The notes under the pieces are model-generated. The model was not told where the DNA came from and made no database searches. It worked only from the letters and a program-made list of their open reading frames with translations. 28,217 nucleotides of DNA, taken from positions 1 to 28,217 of IMG/VR virus record IMGVR_UViG_3300037962_000411; one strand, 5' to 3'. Both the position numbers and the translations under genes were made by a program. Within the stretch, counting starts at the first letter, position 1, and every line of letters starts with the position of its first letter. The DNA is from a virus. Lineage: Duplodnaviria > Caudoviricetes. Shown here piece by piece: positions 1 through 8,567 of the stretch.

Positions 1-70
1 GCTAGACTACAGCCCGCTAGACTACAGCCCGCTAGACTACAGCCCACTAGACTACAGCCCACTAGACTAC
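1..70. repeat. 15-bp tandem repeat, 4 full copies plus a 10-bp partial; may continue beyond the window edge
   Basis: gctagactacagccc at 1, 16, 31; actagactacagccc at 46; actagactac at 61-70, which contains the TAG stop of the GP88-like gene. Confidence 0.97.
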
Positions 71-820
71 AACGGCAAATCCTGATTTTATAGCCTGCTC
101 CCGTGCTTTGTTTGAGTGCGATTTGAGTCGCAACCCCACAACGCGCCCACGCTTGCGACCCCTTGTATCCTCAAATCGTAAGTCCGAAATATCCCCGTCG
201 ATTACCTGAAAACCCTTCCACGTTTTGGGCAGGGTCTGCAATCCTGCACGGTTGCCGACAAACTTACCACCCACATCAGCAAACGCTACTGCGACATTGC
301 CGCCCGATTCTAATATTCGCAGGCAATCTTGATCGTTTGTTTCGGAGCGTGAAAACGTCACCCAATAATTGGGTAAGATTGCCCCAAAGCGGTTAGGGTG
401 TTTTGAATAGTCGTAGAATGAGACATTGGGAAAATCAGTAAAAATCGATGGTGCTACGCGCTCCCAAATAACATCTGAAAAGACGTTTAGACGCACTGCA
501 ACGCGGGTTCCCCTCTTTTCGGCAAGCTTGCAACGATTGCCGATCTCAGCTTTGATACGATCAACAAACCAGTCCCTATCACGATAAAATATCTCAGTGC
601 GCCGTTTTCGCGCTTCTTTGATGGCGCTAAACACGCTAGCAAGGCCTTGTTCATTCAAGCAAGATGCGATACAGCCGCTACTGGCATGAGTGCAAAGGTT
701 ACCCACGCCCGCGCTCTTATGGGGTGATAGGGACAAGCCTAACGTTTCAAACGCTGTGCCATTTTTTCGCAGTTTGGTGTTGCTATCGCCATCACCCAGT
801 AGTTTCTTTGGGTAATCCAT
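62..820 (-). CDS. GP88-like phage protein (putative Fe-S / radical-SAM-related fold)
   Basis: N-terminal LL..SNTKL.K, CTHASSGCIASC (CX6CX3C), RLNVFSD, FYDYSK, NYWVTFS, GDISDLRF, VVGLRLK match my recollection of the GP88 family. Start moved from GTG 835 to ATG 820 because GGAG lies 9 nt upstream. Confidence 0.8.
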   Translation of the reverse strand: MDYPKKLLGDGDSNTKLRKNGTAFETLGLSLSPHKSAGVGNLCTHASSGCIASCLNEQGLASVFSAIKEARKRRTEIFYRDRDWFVDRIKAEIGNRCKLAEKRGTRVAVRLNVFSDVIWERVAPSIFTDFPNVSFYDYSKHPNRFGAILPNYWVTFSRSETNDQDCLRILESGGNVAVAFADVGGKFVGNRAGLQTLPKTWKGFQVIDGDISDLRFEDTRGRKRGRVVGLRLKSHSNKAREQAIKSGFAVVV

Positions 821-883
821 GATTCTATTCTCCACTTGTTTGTTGGTTGCGTTTGATCAAAAATCATCAACGTCCGGCCGCTA

Positions 884-911
884 AGTATAATCGACTGTAC
901 CACGAATGCAA
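884..911 (-). promoter_or_regulatory. Candidate sigma70-type promoter for the GP88-like gene
   Basis: Minus strand TTGCAT (911-906), 16 nt, TATACT (889-884), about 64 nt upstream of the ATG. Confidence 0.55.
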
Positions 912-950
912 CACCAATAAAAACAAACTTTTCAAAATTGTCTATTTCAC

Positions 951-983
951 CACCGCATCACCGCATCGCCGAACCACCGCATC
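951..983. repeat. Three copies of caccgcatc in a C-rich non-coding tract
   Basis: caccgcatc at 951-959, 959-967 and 975-983; related accgc words recur to about 1165. Confidence 0.75.
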
Positions 984-1102
984 GACCCCCACTCCCTATC
1001 GGCAACCACCCCCGAACACCGCTAGCACAATCGATCGATTCGCCTACAACCGCTGCAATTCCCGCAATGCTGAGCCGATTAGCTTGCAACCCGAATAAAA
1101 TT

Positions 1103-1127
1103 CGTGTGGGGCCGAAGGCCCCACACG
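1103..1127. other. Perfect 11-bp inverted repeat with GAA triloop
   Basis: cgtgtggggcc-gaa-ggccccacacg; no adjacent U-tract on the + strand. Confidence 0.9.
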
Positions 1128-1145
1128 TAAGGCGGAAATTTTGGA

Positions 1146-1174
1146 TTGACCCCACCCCCACCGCCACGTAATAT
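1146..1174 (+). promoter_or_regulatory. Candidate sigma70-type promoter for the packaging genes
   Basis: TTGACC (1146-1151), 17 nt, TAATAT (1169-1174), followed by an AT-rich tract. Confidence 0.55.
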
Positions 1175-1235
1175 ATATTTATTAGTTTCACTACGCCTAC
1201 GCACGACTTTTCAGCTAAAGGATGGAGACGACCGT

Positions 1236-1397
1236 TTGATTCAGTTCCTCCTAGGGGTTTATGTGGCGGTTGCCCTAAGCATCGCCGTAGCGGGGTCACT
1301 TCTACTCCCGCTATCTTTTAAGAACGCAAGGGACATACTGGTCTGGTCACTCCTCTGGCCGGTGGTCGCCCTCCTGGCAATGTTGGACGCAATATGA
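1236..1397 (+). CDS. Small membrane protein, two hydrophobic segments (53 aa)
   Basis: Hydrophobic 3' part of ORF 1146..1397 (IQFLLGVYVAVALSIAVAGSLLLPL; ILVWSLLWPVVALLAML); TTG at 1236 is preceded by GGAG. Confidence 0.5.
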   Translation: MIQFLLGVYVAVALSIAVAGSLLLPLSFKNARDILVWSLLWPVVALLAMLDAI

Positions 1398-1416
1398 CTT
1401 TTAGCAGGAACACGAA

Positions 1417-2160
1417 ATGGACAAACGAGAAGCGGCGGAATCGCAGATACCAGAGGACTCTCCGTACTGGAAGGAGTCTGAGGATGTTAAGCGTCACTGG
1501 AGACAGGCCGATGAGGTAATCGCTAAACCCCCGGTTCGGCTAATCAAGTGGCTCGACTCTCAAGGTATTGATCACATACCACACAGGACCAAACGGAAGA
1601 ACTCGATCTGGAAGAGCCTGAAGAGCCGCAACCTCCACGAAGTTGGTTCGCGGTGGAGGGTCGAGGCCGGACGTGAGATGAAGAGTTGGGGGTTAAAAAG
1701 CATTACGCCGAGGGTTGCCCAAGAACTGGCATGGAGGCTCGTAGAGATCAAAGTTACGGAGTTGGAGCCTATGGCGGAGCAAAGCCGAGATATGGTAGAA
1801 CCCGACCAGGAGGAAGTCGAAGAGAAGCTGGAGGGTATGGAGTTCCTACCGCCGTGGATGCGGTGGGTCGTCATGCACCCTGGCCTTCTATTAGATCCCG
1901 AGGTCGTTCAAACCGATCCGGTGTTAAAGAAACGGATCGACAAATACGAGAAGACTTTCCCCTGCCCCCACCAAGCTGCTCGAAACCAGTTCAGCCTATA
2001 TCGGGGGGACAAGAAGGCTTTAGATTCGCTGTTCAAAGAGATCGCTCGATTGCATCAAACTTTTGTTAAGCAGTCTGATTCGACTAAAGCTGACGGTGGC
2101 GGGGAGAGAAGTGTGGAGTCACAAAGCATCCTCTCCCTGGCATCCTTGTTAGGAGAATGA
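1417..2160 (+). CDS. Hypothetical protein, possible terminase small subunit
   Basis: 247-aa ORF with AGGA upstream, helical and charged; TerS assignment is positional only. Confidence 0.55.
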   Translation: MDKREAAESQIPEDSPYWKESEDVKRHWRQADEVIAKPPVRLIKWLDSQGIDHIPHRTKRKNSIWKSLKSRNLHEVGSRWRVEAGREMKSWGLKSITPRVAQELAWRLVEIKVTELEPMAEQSRDMVEPDQEEVEEKLEGMEFLPPWMRWVVMHPGLLLDPEVVQTDPVLKKRIDKYEKTFPCPHQAARNQFSLYRGDKKALDSLFKEIARLHQTFVKQSDSTKADGGGERSVESQSILSLASLLGE

Positions 2161-2486
2161 TGGTGACGATGATAAAACACTTCTGGGCGAATGACGGTTG
2201 GTGGATGCTTCGGATGGGTGGGGCGGGACCGGCCAATGATGCAGAGTGCGATCACGAAGGGAAGATTATATCGCTGAAGGAGGGCCATGGGGTTATGGGT
2301 GACGTGTCCTGTCTGCTACACGAGGTGGCCCATGCTTCTTGCCCGTACTTAACTGAGGATGCGGTGTTGAACCTGGAGGAAGCCCAGATGAACGCCTTAC
2401 AAGCTTACTTGGATATGCACTCTTTGGAGTTGACCCCCAAGCGGGCGGCTTGGACTGCGTTGCCGGTGAAACCAACCACCCCATGA
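2157..2486 (+). CDS. Small HExxH (zincin-like) protein
   Basis: LLHEVAHA motif with downstream acidic helix (TEDAVLNLEE); ATGA overlap with the previous gene and AGGAG upstream. Confidence 0.65.
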   Translation: MMVTMIKHFWANDGWWMLRMGGAGPANDAECDHEGKIISLKEGHGVMGDVSCLLHEVAHASCPYLTEDAVLNLEEAQMNALQAYLDMHSLELTPKRAAWTALPVKPTTP

Positions 2487-2519
2487 CCATAGGGCCAAGA
2501 GAGAAGAAACGAAACACGG

Positions 2520-4427
2520 TTGAATAAGAAACACCCCGATGGGGAGATATGCCGGTACGACGGGAGCTTACACCCCCTAGTGGCCACCCTCCCGCACTAT
2601 AATAAAGTTCCGACCGATCAAAAGGAACAGGTCGCATTTCGTCTAAAGGTACGACGGGGGGCTGAAGGGAATCCTGTCTTGCAGGAAGAACTTATAAAAG
2701 CCTGTACAGCCGACCCGCTGTTCTTTATCAACGTGTTCTGTTATATCTTGGAGCCACGGGAAGGTGAAGACTCCTCTGGCATGATCCCGTTTAATACTTG
2801 GGCTCACCAAGACCCCGTCATAGCATCGATAGCACACTATCTTGGGAAGCGTCATGTGGTCGGGGATAAGAGCCGAGCCCAAGGTGCTTCGTGGATTATG
2901 GTCGCTCTGTTTGTCTGGATGTTCTTGTTCAGGCCAAACTGCATCCTCGGTCTTGGGTCGAAAGACGAATCTACAGCCGACGATCCAGACAACCCAGAGT
3001 CGTTAGGCTGGAAGATCGATTTTATACTGGATATGTTGCCTGAGTGGATGCGACCCGTCTATGACCGGAAGGCATCGAAACACACTTGGAGTAACAAGAG
3101 TAATGGTGCCTACATTAAAGCTTATGCCGCTACCGCTGGCATTGGTCGTGGTGGTCGGTATACGGCGTTCTTCCTTGACGAGTCTGCGTTCTTTCCACAG
3201 GGGTCTGATAGAGACGCCGTAGCGAACCTTCTTGAAACAACCAACGGGCTCGTGATGTTGTCTACCCCCCACGGTATGGACAACGAGCATTACGATAGGG
3301 TTCATTCTGTCGGTCCTTGGCTACGGGTTATTTTAGATTGGAAGGACAACCCACTACAGAACGGGGGGCTATACCAGTCGGTGAACGGTCGGCTTCAGGT
3401 GTTGGATAAGGACTATGACTTTCCCGACGATTATGAGTTCCTGCTCGACGGTAGAATCCGTTCTCCGTGGTACGACGACAAGTGTGCCGCCCACAACCAC
3501 AACATGTTGTACATCTCTCAGGAGCTTGACCGAGAATACTCTGGCAGTAAAGGGCGACCGTTCAGTAAGCAGATATTGGATCGGGCCAGGGATTTGTGTA
3601 GAACGCCAATCCACACCGGTATGATATTTCACCAAGATGGAGAGCCGTGGTATCTCCCCGGTGTCTCGTGGGTAGAGGGTGATGGGTATAAGTTCGATCT
3701 ATGGTTGCCGCTCGACGAAGAAGGGTTCATGCCCAGCGGCGATTATGTTATTGGGATGGACTTGTCTACCGGCACCGCTGGTGAGACATCATCGAACTCG
3801 GTGATGTCAATATTTTCTCGTAAGACACGAGAACAGGTTGCAGAACTGGCGATCAACACAATACCGCCGACAGAGTTCGCACAGTTGGCTGTGGCGACGG
3901 CCTATTGGCTGGGACGGGGTTTCCCCCATACACACCTGATTTGGGAGAAGCAGGGTCCGGGCGTAGCTTTCACTTCGGAGATGATTCGGTTGGGTTACCC
4001 AAACGTGTTCTATCAAAGGGAGGGTGAGGAGCTACGGAAATACGCGAAACGGAGTGACAGACCGGGGTATTTCAACTCGAACAGAATGACTTTGTTGTCC
4101 CCGCTTATCCAATCCATGACAAACATGGATGTGACGTTTAGAAGTGCTGCGTTGGTCGAAGAGTGTGAGCAGTATGTGTTCGATGGGGTGAGTGGTAAAC
4201 CCCACCACCCACGGAGTAAGACTGCCCGAGACGGGTCGGCCAGAGGTGAGAACCACGGTGACCGAGCTATCGCTGCCGCCTTGGCAGTTCGGTGCCTAGG
4301 GAATCGAACGATAGAGAAAAGGTTCGATTTTAACCCTAGAATAGAGCCCCAGAAGTACACCATCCCTTGGCAAATGGAGCAGCAAAAACAGGAGCAAAGG
4401 GGTAGGCGGAAGCACTGTAAGTGGTGA
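2520..4427 (+). CDS. terL: Terminase large subunit
   Basis: Walker A-like KSRAQGASW, Walker B FFLDES, coupling motif LSTPHG, RNase H-like nuclease motifs IGMDLSTG, IWEKQGPG and HGDRAIA. TTG start uncertain. Confidence 0.93.
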   Translation: MNKKHPDGEICRYDGSLHPLVATLPHYNKVPTDQKEQVAFRLKVRRGAEGNPVLQEELIKACTADPLFFINVFCYILEPREGEDSSGMIPFNTWAHQDPVIASIAHYLGKRHVVGDKSRAQGASWIMVALFVWMFLFRPNCILGLGSKDESTADDPDNPESLGWKIDFILDMLPEWMRPVYDRKASKHTWSNKSNGAYIKAYAATAGIGRGGRYTAFFLDESAFFPQGSDRDAVANLLETTNGLVMLSTPHGMDNEHYDRVHSVGPWLRVILDWKDNPLQNGGLYQSVNGRLQVLDKDYDFPDDYEFLLDGRIRSPWYDDKCAAHNHNMLYISQELDREYSGSKGRPFSKQILDRARDLCRTPIHTGMIFHQDGEPWYLPGVSWVEGDGYKFDLWLPLDEEGFMPSGDYVIGMDLSTGTAGETSSNSVMSIFSRKTREQVAELAINTIPPTEFAQLAVATAYWLGRGFPHTHLIWEKQGPGVAFTSEMIRLGYPNVFYQREGEELRKYAKRSDRPGYFNSNRMTLLSPLIQSMTNMDVTFRSAALVEECEQYVFDGVSGKPHHPRSKTARDGSARGENHGDRAIAAALAVRCLGNRTIEKRFDFNPRIEPQKYTIPWQMEQQKQEQRGRRKHCKW

Positions 4428-4433
4428 TTTTGC

Positions 4434-4462
4434 TTGACAGGGGTATGGTGTTTGACTATACT
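4434..4462 (+). promoter_or_regulatory. Near-consensus sigma70 promoter upstream of the portal gene
   Basis: TTGACA (4434-4439), 17 nt, TATACT (4457-4462) in the 90-bp terL-portal gap. Confidence 0.8.
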
Positions 4463-4517
4463 GCGGTTTGCCGCTACCGGTCTAGGTAGCTATTTCCGCG
4501 ACCCTCCGAGGTAGTCA

Positions 4518-6281
4518 ATGAGCCGAAACCGAGCAGGGAAGCTCGAACGCTTAGCACAAGCGGTCGAACACCACTACAGGAAGCTAAAGGTTCTTCGGGA
4601 TAGACGCGAGCAGTTCCTGTCTGCCGCAGCAGGGTCTCTATACCCCCATGCGGACAAAGCGGATTCGATGAATGACATCCTCAACCTGATGCGTCAGGCT
4701 GCGGAGGCTCAGACTCTTTCACTGGCCGCTAACCGCCCGAGGATCTTAGCTACGGCTACGACCGTCGAGCGTCAGGCGTTCGCCGAGCATTATCAAAACG
4801 CCCTCAACGCATACATCAAAACGATGCGGGTTGAGGAGGCTCTTCAGGAATGTGCTAGGAACGCCTTCTACTCCCTTGGCATTGCCAAAGTTTACATGGC
4901 GGAGGCCACTGCCGTAGAAATCGAAGCGGATGAGTGGATGGACCCTGGCAAGCCTTTCATCCAGTCGATATCCCCTGATCACTTCTGCTACGATACGGAC
5001 GCTACGGACTTTAGACATTGTTCGTTTTTAGCGGATCGGTATCGAGTTCGCTTCGAGGATGTGTTAGAGGATACACGATTCCCAGCGAAGGTTCGCAAAA
5101 GCCTTCGCGAACGGGGGCCACAACGGCTCGACAATAGTGCCGAGCAAGAGTGGGGAGAACCTTTGGGTGACGGGGGTTTCGACCCATCGCAGTTTGAAGA
5201 GTTCGTTTATCTATGCGATGCGTTCCTTCCGAAAGACGGGGTTATCATCACATACATATGCGATGAACAGTTTCGGTTCATATCCGAACCCCTGGCTGAG
5301 CTGGAGTGGGATGGGTCGGAAATGGGGCCTTATAGAATCTTGAACCTAGGGCCGGTTCCCGACAAAACAACCCCATCTTCGCCTGCTCAGAATCTGCTGC
5401 TTCAGCACAACTTGGTCAACTCGCTTTATCGTAAGCTCGAAGAGCAGGCGATACGGCAGAAGATCTTGACTCTTGGCGGGGTGGAAGACGAGGGGGATCT
5501 CACGAAGGTAAGAGATGCTGGGGATGGGGAGTTCGTTACGTTGAACAACCCACAAGCCGTAGATCAATTGCGGCTCGATGGCCCAGACCAACCGGTGTTC
5601 GGTTTTGCTTTGAATGCGATGGAGCAATTCTCGAAGCAGGCGGGTAATCTCGACCACAAGTTGGGTTTGTCTGCAACGGCAGACACAGCGACTCAACAAA
5701 GTATGATCGGCCAGAACGTGAGTCGCATGGAAGCGTTCTACCAGGGTCAATTTGTTAGTTTTGTTCGAGAGGTTATTCAAGAGTTGGGTCGGTTGTTGTT
5801 CGCTGATGCGACGACCCAGATACCGATGGTCAAACAAATCCCCGGTACTGACTTCGTAGTGGACGCCCCATGGATGGGGGCGGTACACGAGGGTGCCCGG
5901 CTAGGTGAGTTTAGGGATTACGACTTAGACATCGAACCGCAATCAATGCCTTACAGATCGGCGGTTGATCGGCTACGAGAGATCGACGCTCAGGTTCAGA
6001 TGTTGGTCCCGCTGGTGCCTCTTATGGTGCAGCAGGGGAAGATGATAAACCTGGATTGGTGGCTCAAGACAAGAGCAAAATATAGTGACATTCCTGAGAT
6101 GCAGCAGTTGGTTATGGACATCCCCCCACCCCAACCGGGTCAAGAAGGTCCGGGCGGATCGCACGAACGAACCCTCGCCGGTGGACAAGGTGGGGAATAC
6201 ATTCACAGAAACGTAAGTGAAGGTGGACAAGCAGGGCCAGACCCGATGCAGTTAATGTCCGCACCACAAGGAGGTGAGTAA
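4518..6281 (+). CDS. Portal protein
   Basis: 587 aa directly after terL; GAGG RBS; portal-like pattern (GIAKVY, ISPDHF..D, TATQ) and a disordered P/G/Q-rich C-terminus. Confidence 0.82.
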   Translation: MSRNRAGKLERLAQAVEHHYRKLKVLRDRREQFLSAAAGSLYPHADKADSMNDILNLMRQAAEAQTLSLAANRPRILATATTVERQAFAEHYQNALNAYIKTMRVEEALQECARNAFYSLGIAKVYMAEATAVEIEADEWMDPGKPFIQSISPDHFCYDTDATDFRHCSFLADRYRVRFEDVLEDTRFPAKVRKSLRERGPQRLDNSAEQEWGEPLGDGGFDPSQFEEFVYLCDAFLPKDGVIITYICDEQFRFISEPLAELEWDGSEMGPYRILNLGPVPDKTTPSSPAQNLLLQHNLVNSLYRKLEEQAIRQKILTLGGVEDEGDLTKVRDAGDGEFVTLNNPQAVDQLRLDGPDQPVFGFALNAMEQFSKQAGNLDHKLGLSATADTATQQSMIGQNVSRMEAFYQGQFVSFVREVIQELGRLLFADATTQIPMVKQIPGTDFVVDAPWMGAVHEGARLGEFRDYDLDIEPQSMPYRSAVDRLREIDAQVQMLVPLVPLMVQQGKMINLDWWLKTRAKYSDIPEMQQLVMDIPPPQPGQEGPGGSHERTLAGGQGGEYIHRNVSEGGQAGPDPMQLMSAPQGGE

Positions 6282-6511
6282 TGCCTGAATCTATTAGTGA
6301 GAAGAAACCTTGGAAGAGCCGATCTATTGGTTGTCATCCAAGCGATGTTAAAGCACACAACGAAGAGTTGAAAAGAAAAGGTGTACAGAACGCACACATT
6401 GGCCCAGACGGTCATGCTGTTGCGCATAGCCGGAAGGGTCGTAACGAACTACTCAAGGCATACGGGATGATTGATCGTGACGGGGGTTACGGCGACTATA
6501 CCGGACGCTAA
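6281..6511 (+). CDS. Hypothetical small phage protein (DRDGGYGD C-terminus)
   Basis: TAATG coupling to portal; GGAGGTG RBS. Confidence 0.7.
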   Translation: MPESISEKKPWKSRSIGCHPSDVKAHNEELKRKGVQNAHIGPDGHAVAHSRKGRNELLKAYGMIDRDGGYGDYTGR

Positions 6512-6535
6512 GAGGGATAACGGAGGAAAAGAACA

Positions 6536-7429
6536 ATGGCAAAAGATTTCGCAGACGATACTAAAATCCCAGTAGAAGACGAACCGCAAACCGACGAGGA
6601 TTTGGGTGGGTTAGCGTCTTTACTCCCTGGCAATGAGAAGTCTGAAGAGTCGGAAGAGGGGGACGCCGAGGAAGGGGTTGAGGAACAACCAGAGACAGAC
6701 GAAACAGGGGATGAGACCGAAAAGGTCGCCGAGAAGCCAACTGAACATATTCCGGCGATAGCCGATGGGCCATCACAAGCAATGATGGCGGTAGCGGAGC
6801 AGGCGGGTTTGCCCTCGCAGCTTGTCGCTATAGCACGCGATGACCAACAGGTCCAAGACATGATGGATCTCGCGAAATCAAACCGGCAAGAGCCCGCAGC
6901 TCAGGAGGAGTTCGGTGTCTCTTTACCCGAAGACGAGTTCCCAGAGGGCGATCCTGTCCGACAGGAGTTCGATAAGTTTAAGGATAAGTTTAGCGAATTG
7001 AGCAGTCAGCTTGCTGACGCCAATGCGAGGGTGCGTGCCTTCGAGGAAAAACAGGGCTCTGTTGAACACGAGCAATTTGTCGCTCTACAACGAGAGTTCG
7101 ACCAAACATTGGATAGTTTGGGAAGCACTGCGTTCGGTAAGTCTACAGAACCTACTGATGCGTCTGTCGCTTTGCGAACAGCAGCGTTCAACTTACTCTA
7201 CGAACGGAAACAGTCAAACCCCGGAGCTTCCGTCTCTGAGCTTTCTCAGATGATTGCAGAAGAGTTCGGGATTCCATCAACCAAAACCCCCCGTGAAAAA
7301 GCCGCCCTTCGTGACCAAGCGTCTCGGAGATTAGGTGGTGGACCATCGAAACCAGCAGCAGCGGCTGCGAAAAACCCTGAAGAGGGTATGCGGGCGTTCC
7401 TGCAAAAACTCGGTATCGCGGGGCAATAG
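6536..7429 (+). CDS. Capsid scaffolding protein
   Basis: Highly acidic N-terminus, coiled-coil middle, terminal amphipathic helix; lies between portal and capsid; GGAGG RBS. Confidence 0.72.
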   Translation: MAKDFADDTKIPVEDEPQTDEDLGGLASLLPGNEKSEESEEGDAEEGVEEQPETDETGDETEKVAEKPTEHIPAIADGPSQAMMAVAEQAGLPSQLVAIARDDQQVQDMMDLAKSNRQEPAAQEEFGVSLPEDEFPEGDPVRQEFDKFKDKFSELSSQLADANARVRAFEEKQGSVEHEQFVALQREFDQTLDSLGSTAFGKSTEPTDASVALRTAAFNLLYERKQSNPGASVSELSQMIAEEFGIPSTKTPREKAALRDQASRRLGGGPSKPAAAAAKNPEEGMRAFLQKLGIAGQ

Positions 7430-7439
7430 GAGATAACCT

Positions 7440-8549
7440 ATGCCAGCTTCAGTAACTGGCTCGACCATCCAAGATGTCATGGAGTTCTACTTAGAGAACT
7501 ACATGGCTAATACTTGGGCGGACGCAGCCCGACCTTATCAGCAGTACACAACTGCTGACGAGTTGTTTACCAAGCGACGTAAGAAGGGTACGATTAGTGA
7601 GAAGTGTACCTTCAATTTGAAAGTTCGTTCGGCAGACAACACAGTACCAGATTCGTTCTTTAAAGCAGACTCACTAAACCGTTCTGACCTTGGCGACAAG
7701 GGTTCGGTTAATTGGCACTTCCAGAAGACTCACTTCATGGCGGATGCTCGTGAACCTGCGTTGAATAGCGGTAGTGCAGTTCAGATTCTTGACTACATGA
7801 AAATGCAAGAATCAGACATGTACGACGGTTTCTTCGAGAAGAACGAAGAATATTTTTGGACATTACCAGCTAGTCCAAACAACGGTTCCAACGGCGACCC
7901 ACTTCCCTTCGGCGTTCCTTACTGGCTTGTAAGTGACACCACCGAAGAGTTCGGTTTCAATGGCGGTCGTCCGGGTTCATATTCGGACGTTGCCGGACTT
8001 GATCCTACCGAACACACCAAGTGGAAGAACGGTACGTTCGCTTGGAACAGTGTTTCCAATGACGACTTCTGCCGTAAGCTTTCCGAAGCTATGGATAAGT
8101 GTCACTTCCGTCCTGGCAAGCCCATGGGCGAGAAGGTTCCAAATCTTAACTGGGGTTTGTACTCAACTTACAAACCTTACCAAGAGTACCAAGATTTGTT
8201 GTACGGCTTGAACGAGAACATCGGCCCAGATGCCGGTAAGTATCGCGGCGGTCGTCCAACGAATGACATCGGTGTTCAGTATTTCCGTGGCGTTCCTTGG
8301 ACATGGGTTCCTGCGACTACTGAGGTCGGCGGTGTTGCTCGTGACTTGAACGAGTCCATTTATGGAATCAACTGGGACACCTTTAACGTCCAGACATATG
8401 GTGATTGGTTCATGAAACGCCACACACCTATCCGTCTTGACGATGCCCATAACACTGTCGTTCAGTGGATGGATACAGGTTACCAAATTTACTGCGATAA
8501 CCGACGCTCCAACTTTGTTGGTCGACAAGTTACCGCTTCCTCAACCTAA
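7440..8549 (+). CDS. Major capsid protein
   Basis: 369 aa after the scaffold; GGAG RBS; HK97-like C-terminal pattern (YFRGVPWTW, IYGINWDTF, QIYCDNRR); codon choice looks like a highly expressed gene. Confidence 0.82.
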   Translation: MPASVTGSTIQDVMEFYLENYMANTWADAARPYQQYTTADELFTKRRKKGTISEKCTFNLKVRSADNTVPDSFFKADSLNRSDLGDKGSVNWHFQKTHFMADAREPALNSGSAVQILDYMKMQESDMYDGFFEKNEEYFWTLPASPNNGSNGDPLPFGVPYWLVSDTTEEFGFNGGRPGSYSDVAGLDPTEHTKWKNGTFAWNSVSNDDFCRKLSEAMDKCHFRPGKPMGEKVPNLNWGLYSTYKPYQEYQDLLYGLNENIGPDAGKYRGGRPTNDIGVQYFRGVPWTWVPATTEVGGVARDLNESIYGINWDTFNVQTYGDWFMKRHTPIRLDDAHNTVVQWMDTGYQIYCDNRRSNFVGRQVTASST

Positions 8550-8567
8550 GCCCAAAGGAGTTTTACT

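Noticed and set aside
1-70. CRISPR array or tRNA fragment (minus strand GGGCTGTAGTCTAGCGG resembles a tRNA 5' end)
   Set aside because: Units are contiguous with no spacers; there is no anticodon arm, T-arm or acceptor complement.
847-1299. ORFs 847..1098, 938..1171, 958..1299 and the 5' part of 1146..1397
   Set aside because: Low-complexity translations of a repeat- and promoter-rich non-coding region, without RBS.
62-7429. TAG stop-codon reassignment suggested by the repeated in-frame TAG
   Set aside because: Long genes are intact in the standard code, and TAG ends genes at sensible boundaries (7429 before capsid, 23940, 26736).
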